Origin: Lytechinus pictus
Lineage: Eukaryota
DNA: 64,000 bases
NCBI RefSeq assembly: GCF_037042905.1
Contig: NC_087252.1
Coordinates: 27,592,001-27,656,000 of the forward strand
Direction: 5' to 3'
The position numbers were made by a program, and so were the translations under genes. Under the pieces are notes generated by a model. The model made no database searches. It was not told the DNA's origin and was given only the letters and a program-made list of their open reading frames with translations. Below are positions 63,313 to 64,000 of this stretch, piece by piece. Position 1 is the first letter of the stretch. Each line of letters begins with the position of its first letter.

Positions 63313-64000
63313 TTTTTGTCTCACCTGCATAGCAGAGTGAGACTATAAAAAAAAAGTTAGGCGCCGCTTTTCCGACGGCGGCGGCGGCGTCAACACCAAA
63401 TCTTTACCTGAGGTTAAGTTTTTGAAATGACAGCATAACTTAGAAAGTATATGGACCTAGTTCATGAAACTTGGCCATAAGGTTAATCAAGTATTACTGA
63501 ACATCCTGCTTGAGTTTCATGTCACATGACCAAGGTCAAAGGTCATTTAGGGTCAATGAACTTTGACAATGTTGGGGGAATCAACATCAAAATCTTAACC
63601 TAAGCTTAAGTTTTTGAAATGTCATCATAACTTAGAAAGTATACGGACCTAGTTCATGAAACTTGGCCATAAGGTTAATCAAGTATTACTGAACATCCTG
63701 CCTGAGTTTCATGTCACATGACCAAGGTCAAAGGTCATTTAGGGTCAATGAACTTAGACAATGTTGGGGGAATCAACATCAAAATCTTAACCTAAGCTTA
63801 AGTTTTTGAAATGTCATCATAACTTAGAAAATATATGGACCTAGTTCATGAAACTTGGACATAATGTTAATCAAGTATCACTGAACATCCTGCATGAGTT
63901 TCACGTCACATGACCAAGGTCAAAGGTCATTTAGGGTCAAGGAACTTTGGTCGAATTGGGGGTATCTGTTGAATTACCATCATAACTTTGAAAGTTTATG
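63313..64000 (-). mobile_element. Second copy of the Helentron-like element, running off the window
   Basis: Reverse complement of the 26648 end; internal period 192 bp (63453, 63645, 63837). Confidence 0.8.

Overview
Intron-containing, AT-rich animal genomic DNA, probably from a marine invertebrate such as a sea urchin (inferred from gene and repeat style, not proven). Two spliced genes converge. The first is an ERF/ETV3-class ETS repressor on + (4 coding exons, 4059-9443, about 818 aa). The second is a PR/SET-domain zinc-finger (PRDM-type) gene on - (6 coding exons, 36896-26996, about 933 aa, 14 fingers). The rest is dense with transposons: TTAA-flanked Kolobok-like MITEs, hAT-like, piggyBac-like, Tc1-like and Harbinger-like MITEs, Helentron-like elements with internal tandem repeats, LINE 3' fragments, a Penelope GIY-YIG fragment with a minimal hammerhead-like motif, and a 110-bp satellite. 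Two items stand out. (1) A repeated foldback element beside (TA)n tracts carries a complete Pol III tRNA-like gene whose anticodon reads UCA (the UGA stop) on a short-variable-arm, non-Sec body. (2) A fossil CxxH-type DDE transposase, split over about 14.5 kb by nested insertions, ends in two Spindlin (Spin/Ssty)-like Tudor repeats. All calls come from reading the sequence by eye; no searches were run.
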